Shown here: one piece after another, positions 25,240 to 34,320 of the stretch | How the letters are laid out: each line of letters starts with the position of its first letter | Position numbering within the stretch: position 1 is the first letter of the stretch | Notes under the pieces: model-generated | The model's input: only the letters and a program-made list of their open reading frames with translations | What the model was told of the DNA's origin: nothing | The model's database searches: none | Position numbers and translations under genes: made by a program | NCBI GenBank assembly: GCA_039683575.1 | Contig: JBDKRC010000350.1 | Coordinates: 1-34,444 of the forward strand | DNA length: 34,444 nt | Source: Armatimonadia bacterium | GTDB lineage: Bacteria > Armatimonadota > Zipacnadia > Zipacnadales > UBA11051 | Reading direction: 5' to 3'

Positions 25240-25725
25240 TCATTTCTTCTGCGGGTTCTCCTCATTCCAGGCGACCGTAAACCTGTCCACCTGCTGCAGG
25301 ATTATGCTGCGGGCCAAGTCGCGGAAGTGCAGGCTGTCTGATGTGCCATAGGCCACCTCTCGCCATGTGCTCGCGAAACAGGTAGTTCTGTTCCAGAGCA
25401 CCACGTTCTGAAGTAGCTCCATCTCCAGCGTGTAGACGAACAGATTGTCATTTGGCAGCGGCAGGATGTTCAAGTTCAAGTACACTGTTGCGAGCCGGGG
25501 GCTCTCCCGGATGTTAGTTGCCCATACGGTCTTCGAACGCAAGAGCGCAGCCGAAAGAGTGTCTTTCAAGAAGGCTTCATCCACTCCGGATGACTTCTCG
25601 GCCTCGCCGCTGAGCGAGATCTGTGTTCCACAGGAAGTGATTCCTCCAAGCCCCCGCAACGGCTCCTCTCCCCACGCGATCCCAACAACGACCAACAGCA
25701 CAAGCACGGTATACAGATTCCGCAT
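25240..25725 (-). CDS. Hypothetical secreted protein (161 aa)
   Basis: AGGAGGGG RBS before ATG25725 and a signal peptide MRNLYTVLVLLVVVGIAWG. Visibly more A/T-rich codons than neighbouring genes. Confidence 0.75.
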   Translation of the reverse strand: MRNLYTVLVLLVVVGIAWGEEPLRGLGGITSCGTQISLSGEAEKSSGVDEAFLKDTLSAALLRSKTVWATNIRESPRLATVYLNLNILPLPNDNLFVYTLEMELLQNVVLWNRTTCFASTWREVAYGTSDSLHFRDLARSIILQQVDRFTVAWNEENPQKK

Positions 25726-25826
25726 AGTTCCCCTCCTAGTAGCAGTTCGGTATTGCCATGCTGCGGAGGCTCGGGAGACGGTCATCGTAGTGTGATCCAT
25801 CCCTCGCTGTCAGCCGCACGGCCGCA

Positions 25827-26057
25827 TCATCTCAATGTGGGGCGTCTTGGCCGGCGGCTATCGGTAGGTCTTCGATCACCCCCGCAGGACCATACACTAC
25901 ATTTCCTCGTTGACTGCTGTGATCGCTGCATCGGCTCGAGAAGCTGTAAGAAGTCAAGCATCTCCAGCGCCCGATCTACATCCTCGATAGGCCAGGGCAG
26001 TACCAATACGCGGAGCCGCTCGATATCGCCGTCGTCAACGTCGTCGGGCCCTCCCAC
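25827..26057 (-). other. Possible small ORF or gene remnant (76 aa)
   Basis: Amphipathic helix-like DIERLRVLVLPWPIEDVDRALEMLDFLQ. The strong RBS/ATG at 26067 is out of frame with it. Confidence 0.3.
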
Positions 26058-26085
26058 GCGAGGACATGATCTCCTCCAGCTTCGG
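26056..26085 (-). repeat. Direct repeat copy B (duplicate of ppk2 RBS/start; encodes MSSRGRARRR*)
   Basis: ACGCGAGGACATG (26056-26068) plus TCTCCTCCAGCTTCGG (26070-26085); 12/13 and 16/16 identical to copy A. Confidence 0.8.
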
Positions 26086-26108
26086 GTGCTCTGTGTGCGC
26101 CCATTCGG

Positions 26109-29024
26109 CTACTCCAGCGCCTTCAGGCGCTCCTGCGCCTTCGTCGCCCACTCCGTCTGTTCCTTGTACCGTTCCACCACTACCTTGTAGGCCTTCACTG
26201 CGTCCTCGATAGCCTGGGCCTGCTCATAGCACACGCCAGCGGCGTACTGCGAGCGCGCAGCCCACTCAGCGTCATTATACAGGATGGCGACCTTCAGGTA
26301 CTCCATGGCCGCGCCGCGCGGATCACCTTGCAGTCGGCGGGTCTCCGCCAACTCAAACTGGGCCTCCATCGCCGCCTGCGCATCCTTGGCGCCGGTTACG
26401 CGGGTGAAGGTGGTCGAGGCCTCATCGTACTTCTTGTCAGCCTTCTGCGCCCGCCCCAGCCCAAGCAGCGCCCGGGGAACCAGGGCGTCATCCTTGTACT
26501 TCGTCACGACTTCCTGGAACACGGCTGCGGCCTTCGCTGGCTCCTTGGCGGCCAGATACGACTGCCCAAGCAGCAGCAACAACCGCGGCGCCAACTCCGC
26601 CGGCGCGGTCGCCTGTACCGGCTCCAGAAGCTTCACAGCCTCCGCGGGCTGATTCTGGCGAAGCAGTATTGCCCCCGCTTGATAGCGTGCATCGGCCCCG
26701 ACAGAGATGTCACTGGCGCCCTCGGCAGCAGTGGTGAAACGCTTGAGTGCCTCTGCCGGCTGGTCCTGTTTCAGCAGCGTCCAGCCCAGCTTGTACGAGG
26801 CCTCGTCAACGAGGTCGCTCTTCGGATAATCTGCCAGCAGCTTCTCGTACGCTGCGCGGGCGGCCGGGTAGTTGCCCTGGTCGTATCGTAGCTCACCCAC
26901 ACGGAACGCTGCCTGCGGGGCATGCGGGCTCTTCGGCATCGTCGCCAGCAGCTTCTCAAACCGCCCCAGGGCCTCCAGAGGCTGCTTGAGGTCCATGTAC
27001 ACCCACGCGCTCTCGATCAGCGCATCATCGGCCAGGTCCCCCGTCGGGGCCGCCGCAAGCACCTCGTCCAGCAGCTTCAGGCTCTCCTGTGCCTGCCCCA
27101 GCTTCCCCAGTGACAGTGCCAACTGGAACTTCGCCAGCGGCGCCAGGCTCGAAGTCGCACTCGTCGTCAACACCGCGCGGAAGGCCTCAGACGCGGCCTT
27201 GTAGTCCCCCAGCCCGAACCGGCAGGCGCCGAGGCTATACTGGGCATACGGCGCCAGTTCCGCGCTCTTGGCTGCGACCACCGCCGCATAGAGATCGGCA
27301 GCGGCGGTGTAGTCCTTGGCCGCAAACAGAGCCTCCGCCAGTGCATACCGGGCGGGAGCGACTGCTTTCGATGATGGGTACTTCTTAACGAGCGTATCCA
27401 GCACAGCCTTCGCGTCCGCAACCTTGTTGCTGCGGGCATACATCCCCACCAGCGTCCCGGCGGCGTCGGCTGCAAACTCCGACTGCGGGAACTGCTCCAG
27501 CGCGCGCTTGCAGAACTCCTCGGCCTTGGCGGCATTCCCCGCCTTGTCATACGCCGTCCCGAGCAGGTAAAGCGCCTCCGCGGCGTTGGGATCCTGCGGG
27601 TGATGCTCAACCAGCGCCGACAGCAGTTGAATCGCGCGTGAATAGTCGTTCCGTGCCAGCCGCAGCTTCCCGGTCTGGTAGGCCACCTGCGCCCCGAGCG
27701 CCGTCGTCGGCTGCTCGTCGGCAATAGTCTCGATGGCCGCTAGTGCCGGCTCGCTCTTGGTGCGCTGGTAGGCAGTCCACGCCGCGCCATAGCGTCCCTG
27801 CATCGCCAGATCGGGGTCCTTTGCCTGCTTGGCGACCGCCTGATAGGACTTCTCCGCCGCCTCGAGTTGATTGGTCTCTACCTGCAGCGCCGCCAGGTGC
27901 AGCGACGCCTCGGCGAACCGCTCATGGCTCGGATTGGCCGTCAGGAACTCCTGGAAAGCCTTCATTGCCGCCGGCTTATCCGGCTTGCGTTCCAGCGACA
28001 TAGCCTGCCAGAAAGCCGCGTTGGGCGAGGCAGCCGTCTGCAGCTTGGCAATGGCGCCGTACGCCGTCGCCGCCTCGGCAAACTTGTTCATCAGAAACAG
28101 GCAGTCAGCAGCCCGCAGGGCCGCCTCCGACGCCAGCGCCTTATCGGAGCTCTTCTGAAGCTGCTGGAAAGCCGCCAGCGCCTCCGGGTACTTCTCCAGG
28201 TTCCAGTACGACCACGCCAGACCCGACTGCGCAAACGGCGCCAGCGTCGTGCCCCCGTACTCCTTGAGCACCTGCTGATACCTGCTGATCGCTGCCGGAT
28301 AGTCCGCCGCGGCATAGTGCGCCTCGCCGAGCCGGAACAGCACCTCAGGCTGCAGCGTGTGCTTCGGGTACTTCTGGAGTATCGCCTCCAGCCGGATGAT
28401 CGCGTCCTTGTTCTGCTTGAGCTTCAGCTTCGCCAGCGCAATGGAATAGGACGCATACGGTGCGTACTCGCCGTCAGGGCTGAGCGTCAGGCTGTTCTCA
28501 TACGACGCAATGGCCTCGGCGAACTGCCCCAGCCGAAACTGTGTCTCCCCCAGCCAATACGACGCACGCGAGGCCAGTGGCCCCTTCGGTGCCTTCGCAA
28601 GCACCCCCTGATACGCCTTCAGCGCCTCTTGCAGCTTGTCCTGATGAAAGTAGACATCCCCCGTCCGGTAGAGGGCTTCCACAAACGCCTCGGAGTTGGG
28701 GAACTCGTTCACAACCCGCCGGTAGTACGGCAAAGCCTTGTCCAGTTGCTTGAGGTTATAGTCGCAGTCCCCCGCGCGCAGCAGCGCAAACGGCAGGTTC
28801 GCATGCTGTGGAGCCGCCTTGATGAACTGCTCATAGCTCTGCAGCGCCGCCTCCCAGTGCTCCTGGTCAAACAGCCCGTTTGCCAGGTCGAAGGCCTGGT
28901 CAGGCCCCGTTGCGGGCGCCTGGGCATGCGCAAAGGCCGTGCAAAGCCCCAACAGGAGCAGCGCCGGGATAAGCTTCTGGTACGAAACGGGCGGGTGCAG
29001 CATCTGAATCATCCCTTCGGACAC
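26109..29024 (-). CDS. Large exported all-TPR protein (CpoB/YbgF/BamD-like repeats)
   Basis: Signal-peptide-like LLLLGLCTAFAHA-Q, then repeated units such as ALYRTGDVYF...ALKAYQGVLAKAP and YEKLLADYPKS over ~930 aa. Exact start uncertain. Confidence 0.9.
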   Translation of the reverse strand: MSEGMIQMLHPPVSYQKLIPALLLLGLCTAFAHAQAPATGPDQAFDLANGLFDQEHWEAALQSYEQFIKAAPQHANLPFALLRAGDCDYNLKQLDKALPYYRRVVNEFPNSEAFVEALYRTGDVYFHQDKLQEALKAYQGVLAKAPKGPLASRASYWLGETQFRLGQFAEAIASYENSLTLSPDGEYAPYASYSIALAKLKLKQNKDAIIRLEAILQKYPKHTLQPEVLFRLGEAHYAAADYPAAISRYQQVLKEYGGTTLAPFAQSGLAWSYWNLEKYPEALAAFQQLQKSSDKALASEAALRAADCLFLMNKFAEAATAYGAIAKLQTAASPNAAFWQAMSLERKPDKPAAMKAFQEFLTANPSHERFAEASLHLAALQVETNQLEAAEKSYQAVAKQAKDPDLAMQGRYGAAWTAYQRTKSEPALAAIETIADEQPTTALGAQVAYQTGKLRLARNDYSRAIQLLSALVEHHPQDPNAAEALYLLGTAYDKAGNAAKAEEFCKRALEQFPQSEFAADAAGTLVGMYARSNKVADAKAVLDTLVKKYPSSKAVAPARYALAEALFAAKDYTAAADLYAAVVAAKSAELAPYAQYSLGACRFGLGDYKAASEAFRAVLTTSATSSLAPLAKFQLALSLGKLGQAQESLKLLDEVLAAAPTGDLADDALIESAWVYMDLKQPLEALGRFEKLLATMPKSPHAPQAAFRVGELRYDQGNYPAARAAYEKLLADYPKSDLVDEASYKLGWTLLKQDQPAEALKRFTTAAEGASDISVGADARYQAGAILLRQNQPAEAVKLLEPVQATAPAELAPRLLLLLGQSYLAAKEPAKAAAVFQEVVTKYKDDALVPRALLGLGRAQKADKKYDEASTTFTRVTGAKDAQAAMEAQFELAETRRLQGDPRGAAMEYLKVAILYNDAEWAARSQYAAGVCYEQAQAIEDAVKAYKVVVERYKEQTEWATKAQERLKALE

Positions 29025-29048
29025 GCGCGTGCGCGCAGTAGCAGGCCG

Positions 29049-29363
29049 TCAGGTTTGCACTGGCTTCGCTGGCTCAGGCAGTGCTTCCCCATCCGGACGG
29101 TTCATGATCATCTCAAGCGTCAAATCGGCAAAATACTCGCGCAGCCACAGCCATAGCAGCGCCACCACCCAGCCGCCGATGCTGGCGGCAATCAGCCATA
29201 GAACCGGGCTGGTGCGTCGCGTCTGAGCATCCCGGTACACAAACATCACCGCTGCCACATGGGCCATCAGTATGCACGCGGCCAGCAAAATGGCCATGGT
29301 GCCCATGATCCACACAACATAAGGCGGTGCGCCCTCGATCGGCGGCGGCACGTATTTTATCAT
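29049..29363 (-). CDS. Small membrane protein (2-3 TM)
   Basis: Hydrophobic helices around VYRDAQTR...LWLI; co-oriented within the operon. Confidence 0.7.
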   Translation of the reverse strand: MIKYVPPPIEGAPPYVVWIMGTMAILLAACILMAHVAAVMFVYRDAQTRRTSPVLWLIAASIGGWVVALLWLWLREYFADLTLEMIMNRPDGEALPEPAKPVQT

Positions 29364-29382
29364 AGCGAAACAGTCTCTCTTA

Positions 29383-31563
29383 TCAGACGCGCGGGCGCCG
29401 GCGCCCTAACTCGGCACGGAAATCGGCATACGCGCGGTCCACTCCGGCCACGGTCTCCGGACTGGGAGTAACCGGTCCATACCGCGCCACAAGGTATTTC
29501 TCCGTGACCAGCCCGTAAGCCTCCCTGAGGTACTGCAGGTTGTCCGGCATGGCGGCCACAAACTCCCGCGGCGCCAGTGTCGGGTCATCCGGTGCCCCGC
29601 GTTGCACCAGCGCCCGTCGCATACGCAGATACGCTCGAACCACGCGAGCACCCGGCTCATTGCCCCGGTAGGACCACAGATACCGCCCGCGAACGTGCCA
29701 GACGCCCATCCCCGCCAACAGCGCCAGCCCCAGCGCGCCGACGACAAAGCTCAGCCAGTTCCGGCGCAACACGCCATATAGCGCCAGCCCGTTGGTGCGC
29801 GCTGACGTACTGATCTGCTTCCAGACCGCGGCAAAGGCCCCCGTCTCCTCCTCAGCCGCCGGCGTCGGCTCAAAGGCAATCCATCCCGCCCCCTTGAAGT
29901 ACACCTCCGGCCAGACGTGCGCATCCTTCTCGCGAACAATGTACACATCCGTCTGGCCTTCAACCTCTTCACCCCTCAGGTACCCCGAGGTCAAACGCGC
30001 CGGCAAGCCTATGGCGCGGCACATGATGACCATGGACCCCGCAAAATGGTGGCAGAACCCGCGCTTGCTGGTGAACAGGAAGTGGTCCACGAAGTCCTGC
30101 GGATACCCCGACGGCGCCTGCAGCGTATAGCGGTAGTTCCACATCAGGTGCTGTTCAATCGCCCGCGCTTTCTCATATGGATTGCGCGCGTCCTTGGTCA
30201 GCGACACCGCCAACTCCCGCACCCGCGTCGGTAGCGTATCCGGTAGCTGCAGATCCTTCTCAAGTAGCTCCTGCGGGAACTCAACCCCGGCTCGCTTCAG
30301 CGGCAGGACCGGCTGAATGTACGAGATCACCTTGAAGCTCTGCCCGCGGCGCACGAATCGCGGTATGCGCAGGCAGTAGTCGGGGTCATAGCGCACCCGC
30401 AATTGCTGAACTTGCACCTCGACCGGCACGAACAAAGAGGGCAGGAGGCTCACCAGCCCCTTGTAGGCGGTGAAGGACTGCTCCACGCGGTTGGCGCTGG
30501 TACGCGAAGCGCCGCTGCCGGACAGCGGAATCTGCCAGGTATCACCACGCCCAACCGCTATTTCGGTCGTGTGTGAGTCGGTACGCCACCAGATGCCGGT
30601 GTACGTATGGTAGGCGCCTAGCCGGTAGTTGCCCGGGAACTTGGACTCCACTCGGAACACCGGCCGGTCGCTCTCCGGCCACGATGACAGCCGGGCGAGC
30701 GAGACAGCCGTATCCGGCATGACATAATTGTCGTGCGGTGCCATCCACGCCAGTACCTGCCGGGCCAATGTATATCGCAGGTAGTCACCCCACCCGCCCG
30801 AAAGCTCCGACCGCGCCGCCACATACGCCATCAGCACCGCGCCAATGAGTACCACAGCATACAGCGTCGGCCACGAATAGAACGCGCCCGCCCGCCGGCT
30901 CGACTGCGTGTGCGTCAGCGCGGCCACAGGATAGTGATCGCGCCGCGAAAACACCTTGTGCTCAGCCGCCAGCAGTGCCAGCGCCCCCAGTACCACCAGT
31001 GCCACCGAGGCCAGCGCCGCGGAGTTGGGGCGAATGACCAGGGTGAGCAGGATGATGGACCCGCAGGGCAGGATCGTCTCCACCAGATCCCGCACCGTGC
31101 GCAGTGCAAAGGCCCGGAAAGCTGTTATCCACATGAAGCTCGTGACCAGGAAGGCCATGAACTCGACGTTGTCGGCCGCATAGATCCCCTCACGTAGCGG
31201 CCATAGCCCCCGCAACTGTATGAAACCCAGTATGAACGCCGACGAGAAAGTCAGCCAGTTGACCAGCAGCCTGGAGGTGCGGCTGAAGTGCAGCTTGTAG
31301 GAAACCGGCAGCGAGATGACCAGCAGCAGCCCAAGCTCGACCGTGATCAGTAGGTTGCGACTGATCAGCCACATGCACAGCAGCGAGGCCCACATCATCA
31401 GCCATGTCGCCAGCGCCAGCCACCGCCATCGCCCTATACCCTCGCGCGCCACTTCCGCCTCCGGGTCATACGGCCAGTAAGGCAACCGGAAGAACCGTGC
31501 CACACGCTGCAGGCGGGCCTCGACGCGCCCAATCAGGTTTGTCGCTCCGGTGGCCACCATCAC
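29383..31563 (-). CDS. Membrane transglutaminase-like protein (TgpA/DUF3488 + transglutaminase core + DUF4129-like)
   Basis: Multi-TM N-terminus, then FVDHFLF..KRGFCHHFAGS (catalytic Cys), AHVWPEVYF..GWIAFEPT (His, acidic residue), a C-terminal TM and an ARYG motif. Confidence 0.92.
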   Translation of the reverse strand: MMVATGATNLIGRVEARLQRVARFFRLPYWPYDPEAEVAREGIGRWRWLALATWLMMWASLLCMWLISRNLLITVELGLLLVISLPVSYKLHFSRTSRLLVNWLTFSSAFILGFIQLRGLWPLREGIYAADNVEFMAFLVTSFMWITAFRAFALRTVRDLVETILPCGSIILLTLVIRPNSAALASVALVVLGALALLAAEHKVFSRRDHYPVAALTHTQSSRRAGAFYSWPTLYAVVLIGAVLMAYVAARSELSGGWGDYLRYTLARQVLAWMAPHDNYVMPDTAVSLARLSSWPESDRPVFRVESKFPGNYRLGAYHTYTGIWWRTDSHTTEIAVGRGDTWQIPLSGSGASRTSANRVEQSFTAYKGLVSLLPSLFVPVEVQVQQLRVRYDPDYCLRIPRFVRRGQSFKVISYIQPVLPLKRAGVEFPQELLEKDLQLPDTLPTRVRELAVSLTKDARNPYEKARAIEQHLMWNYRYTLQAPSGYPQDFVDHFLFTSKRGFCHHFAGSMVIMCRAIGLPARLTSGYLRGEEVEGQTDVYIVREKDAHVWPEVYFKGAGWIAFEPTPAAEEETGAFAAVWKQISTSARTNGLALYGVLRRNWLSFVVGALGLALLAGMGVWHVRGRYLWSYRGNEPGARVVRAYLRMRRALVQRGAPDDPTLAPREFVAAMPDNLQYLREAYGLVTEKYLVARYGPVTPSPETVAGVDRAYADFRAELGRRRPRV

Positions 31564-32810
31564 ACCACCACCTCGTGTGCCACGTCCTGCTCCGCCAGGC
31601 GCCCCAGCGTCTGCGGCAGCTCCCGTCGGCTATGCGCCACGCCCACAGGTATGCCGGTATGCCTCAGCCGGTCAGCAAGCTGGGTCTGCCGTGCCCGCTG
31701 CTCCTCAGTCATCCCGGCCTCCGGAGCCAGCAACAGGCATCGCAGCGCAATTCCCCGCGAAGCGGCTGCCAACAGCGGCTGCTCCAGCCCTGATTCGAGG
31801 CCCGACGTAATCACAACCGCGGTCAGCCCCGGCCGCGCATCCCGCGCCTGCTCGGTCACCAGCGCCCCAAATGGGCGGCCGTTAGTCGCCTGGACCTCTG
31901 CCAGCGCCCGCACCGCTCGCAACGCAGCCGCCTCGCCTCGCCCCTGTGCTCCCAGCGACAGTGGCAGCCCAACACCAACGACCGATACCGCCTGATCCAT
32001 GTGAATCAGTGCTGGAACCAGTGAGGCCGCCATGCTGATGCAGTATTCCAGGCTCGATTCACTGCCCTCGCCGGCGATATTGGCGGAATTCAGGTCCAGC
32101 CAGATCGCGGCCGCCAGCTCCCGCCCCCGGGCGTACTCCTTCACCACCATGTCGCCGCGATGCGCGGTCACCTTCCAGTGCACGTGCCGCAGATCATCCC
32201 CCGGCTCATGCTGCCGAATCCCCCAGAACTCCCCGCCATGCCGCGTCCGCGCCCGCGCCATCTGCCGTGCGGCCGGGGACAGCAAATCGCGGCGCCACGT
32301 CCATGGAACCTCAAACATCTCGGGGAAAGCCAGCAGGGGTTGTGAGTTGGATTCCGGACCGGGACGATGGAACATCCCCAGGGGATCGGTGCCAACCAGG
32401 CGCGCCGGGCCGATCTGCCACCGTCCCCGCGCCGGCAGGGCGATCTCGATGGTGGCCTCGGCTTCTGCCCCCGAGGCCAGGGCCGGCAGCGCCACATCAT
32501 AGGACAATGTCAGGCCGGGGATGCTAAGGTCATGAAGCTGGAGAGTGACCACAGGCCCCGGTCGCGATATTATCCCAATATTGCGCAAGACAAGCCCGAC
32601 AGGGCTCTGGACATGAGCCTGCACTTCCGCCCGAGGCAGCCGCACCTCAAGCGCCAGCCCCGCCACCGCCAGCCGCGACAGCCAGTAGCACCCCGCAATG
32701 ACCGCCAGACAGATACCCGCAAGCACATAAACAGCCGCCGCATCGTTCATCACGCCGATGAGGTAGAAGATGATCGCGGCACCGATGAAAAGACGGAGAT
32801 TACGGGTCAT
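31560..32810 (-). CDS. DUF58 domain (VWA-like) protein
   Basis: DPLGMF, EFWGIRQHEPGDDLRHVHWKVTA, MVVKEY; lies between MoxR and the transglutaminase gene. Confidence 0.92.
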   Translation of the reverse strand: MTRNLRLFIGAAIIFYLIGVMNDAAAVYVLAGICLAVIAGCYWLSRLAVAGLALEVRLPRAEVQAHVQSPVGLVLRNIGIISRPGPVVTLQLHDLSIPGLTLSYDVALPALASGAEAEATIEIALPARGRWQIGPARLVGTDPLGMFHRPGPESNSQPLLAFPEMFEVPWTWRRDLLSPAARQMARARTRHGGEFWGIRQHEPGDDLRHVHWKVTAHRGDMVVKEYARGRELAAAIWLDLNSANIAGEGSESSLEYCISMAASLVPALIHMDQAVSVVGVGLPLSLGAQGRGEAAALRAVRALAEVQATNGRPFGALVTEQARDARPGLTAVVITSGLESGLEQPLLAAASRGIALRCLLLAPEAGMTEEQRARQTQLADRLRHTGIPVGVAHSRRELPQTLGRLAEQDVAHEVVV

Positions 32811-32850
32811 ATGCAAATATCGGCCACGAACGAATGATCCCTCTCTCTCC

Positions 32851-33100
32851 GCGTGGTAGGCATGCTCCGCATGCCAAAACTCGCCTCATAATGCCCGCCG
32901 CCGTCTCTACGGAACGCGCGGTAGGCATGCTCCGCATGCCGGAACTCGCCTCATAACGCCCGCCGTCGTCTCCACGGAACGCGCGGTAGGCATACTCCGC
33001 ATGCCAAAACTCGCCTCATAATACCCGCCGCCGTCTCCATAGAACGCGTGGTAGGCATGCTCCGCATGCCGGAACTCGCCTCATAGCGCTGGCCGCCGTC
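32851..33100 (+). repeat. Tandem array of four 65-bp REP-containing units
   Basis: Units start at 32851, 32916, 32981 and 33046. Each has GCG(T/C)GGTAGGCAT(G/A)CTCCGCATGCC followed by a near-identical AACTCGCCTCATA...CCGCCG(C/T)CGTCTC tail. Confidence 0.92.
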
Positions 33101-33133
33101 CGCTCAGTGCTACGTGCTGTGTCACCGTCGTCA

Positions 33134-33215
33134 GGCCCGAAGGGCCGTCAGCTTCTAGCCAGGGCCGCAAGGCCCTGGTATGTCACGCACCCAGACCCCA
33201 GAGCCCCGAAGGGGC
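33134..33215. repeat. Second palindromic element: three short hairpins
   Basis: GGCCC-GAA-GGGCC (33134-33146), CCAGGGCC-GCAA-GGCCCTGG (33159-33178), GCCCC-GAA-GGGGC (33203-33215). Confidence 0.7.
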
Positions 33216-33225
33216 GGCAGCAGCC

Positions 33226-34167
33226 CTACACCGGCACCGGCAACCGGTCCAACAACTCCTGGACGATCTGGTTCGTCGATACATCCCCCATCCGCGCCTC
33301 CGACGATAGCAGCACGCGATGCGCCAGAATCGGCACCGCCAACTGCTTCAGATCGTCCGGCTCCACATAATCCCGCCCCCGAATCGTCGCCAGCGCCTGC
33401 CCGCACCGGATCAGGGCCAGAGTCCCGCGCGGGCTCGCCCCCAGATAGAGCGTTTGCGACTTCCGCGTCGACTCGACCAGCGCCAGCACATAGTCATAGA
33501 GCGGCTCAGCCACATGGCAGGCCGCCGCGACCTGCTGCAGTTCCACCACTTCCTCCGCTGAGGTCACAGGCTCCAGCGCCTCGATTGGATGCGCCTGAAG
33601 CTGTCGCACCACGACTTCCTTCTCGGCCTCGCGCCCCGGATAGCCAATTCTCTGCCGCATCAAGAACCGGTCCAACTGTGACTCCGGCAAGGGATACACA
33701 CCCTCATACTCAATGGGGTTCTCCGTCGCAATCACCATGAATGGCCGCGGCAGCGTATGGGTAATCCCATCAACGGTAACCTGATGCTCCTCCATGGCCT
33801 CCAGCAGCGACGACTGCGTCCTCGGAGTCGCCCGGTTCACCTCATCCGCGAGCAGAATATTGGCAAACACCGGCCCCTGCCGGAAGCGGAACTCCCCGCT
33901 CTTCTGGTCATAGATCGAGACCCCGGTGACATCCGAGGGCAGCAGATCGGGCGTGAACTGTATGCGGCTGAAGCTGCAGCCAATCGTCCGCGCCAATGCC
34001 CGCGCCAGCATCGTCTTGCCAACCCCCGGCACATCCTCAAGCAGAATATGCCCGCCCGCGATCATCGCTACAAGCGTACGCTCAATCACGTCCCGCTTCC
34101 CGACAATGACGCGTTCGACATTGTCCATGATGTGCTGGCAAAGCTGCGAAGCATCCTGGTGGGTCAC
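33226..34167 (-). CDS. MoxR family AAA+ ATPase
   Basis: GHILLEDVPGVGKT, RIQFTPDLLPSD, LADEVNRATPRTQSSLLEAM, ATENPIE, GASPR; GTG start after GGAGG. Confidence 0.97.
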   Translation of the reverse strand: MTHQDASQLCQHIMDNVERVIVGKRDVIERTLVAMIAGGHILLEDVPGVGKTMLARALARTIGCSFSRIQFTPDLLPSDVTGVSIYDQKSGEFRFRQGPVFANILLADEVNRATPRTQSSLLEAMEEHQVTVDGITHTLPRPFMVIATENPIEYEGVYPLPESQLDRFLMRQRIGYPGREAEKEVVVRQLQAHPIEALEPVTSAEEVVELQQVAAACHVAEPLYDYVLALVESTRKSQTLYLGASPRGTLALIRCGQALATIRGRDYVEPDDLKQLAVPILAHRVLLSSEARMGDVSTNQIVQELLDRLPVPV

Positions 34168-34320
34168 GGTGAGGCCTCCGTGCAGCGCGTGTGGGGCGGA
34201 TTGGGTGGTGGTGCTTCAAGAAGACAACAAAACCACGCCGGCAGAAGTTGCACCGACATGGCATAACCCGATGAAGATTAGGCGAATTGGGGGGAAGCGT
34301 CAAGCTCCAACAGGGCGGTC

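Noticed and set aside
32851-33100. CRISPR array (palindromic repeat at ~65-bp period)
   Set aside because: The would-be spacers are near-identical, the same palindrome occurs dispersed as REPs, and there are no cas genes.
34222-34252. Second ECF-type promoter upstream of MoxR (minus strand GCAACTT...GTTGTC)
   Set aside because: The -10 spacing and sequence do not match the 19673 site well enough to support it.
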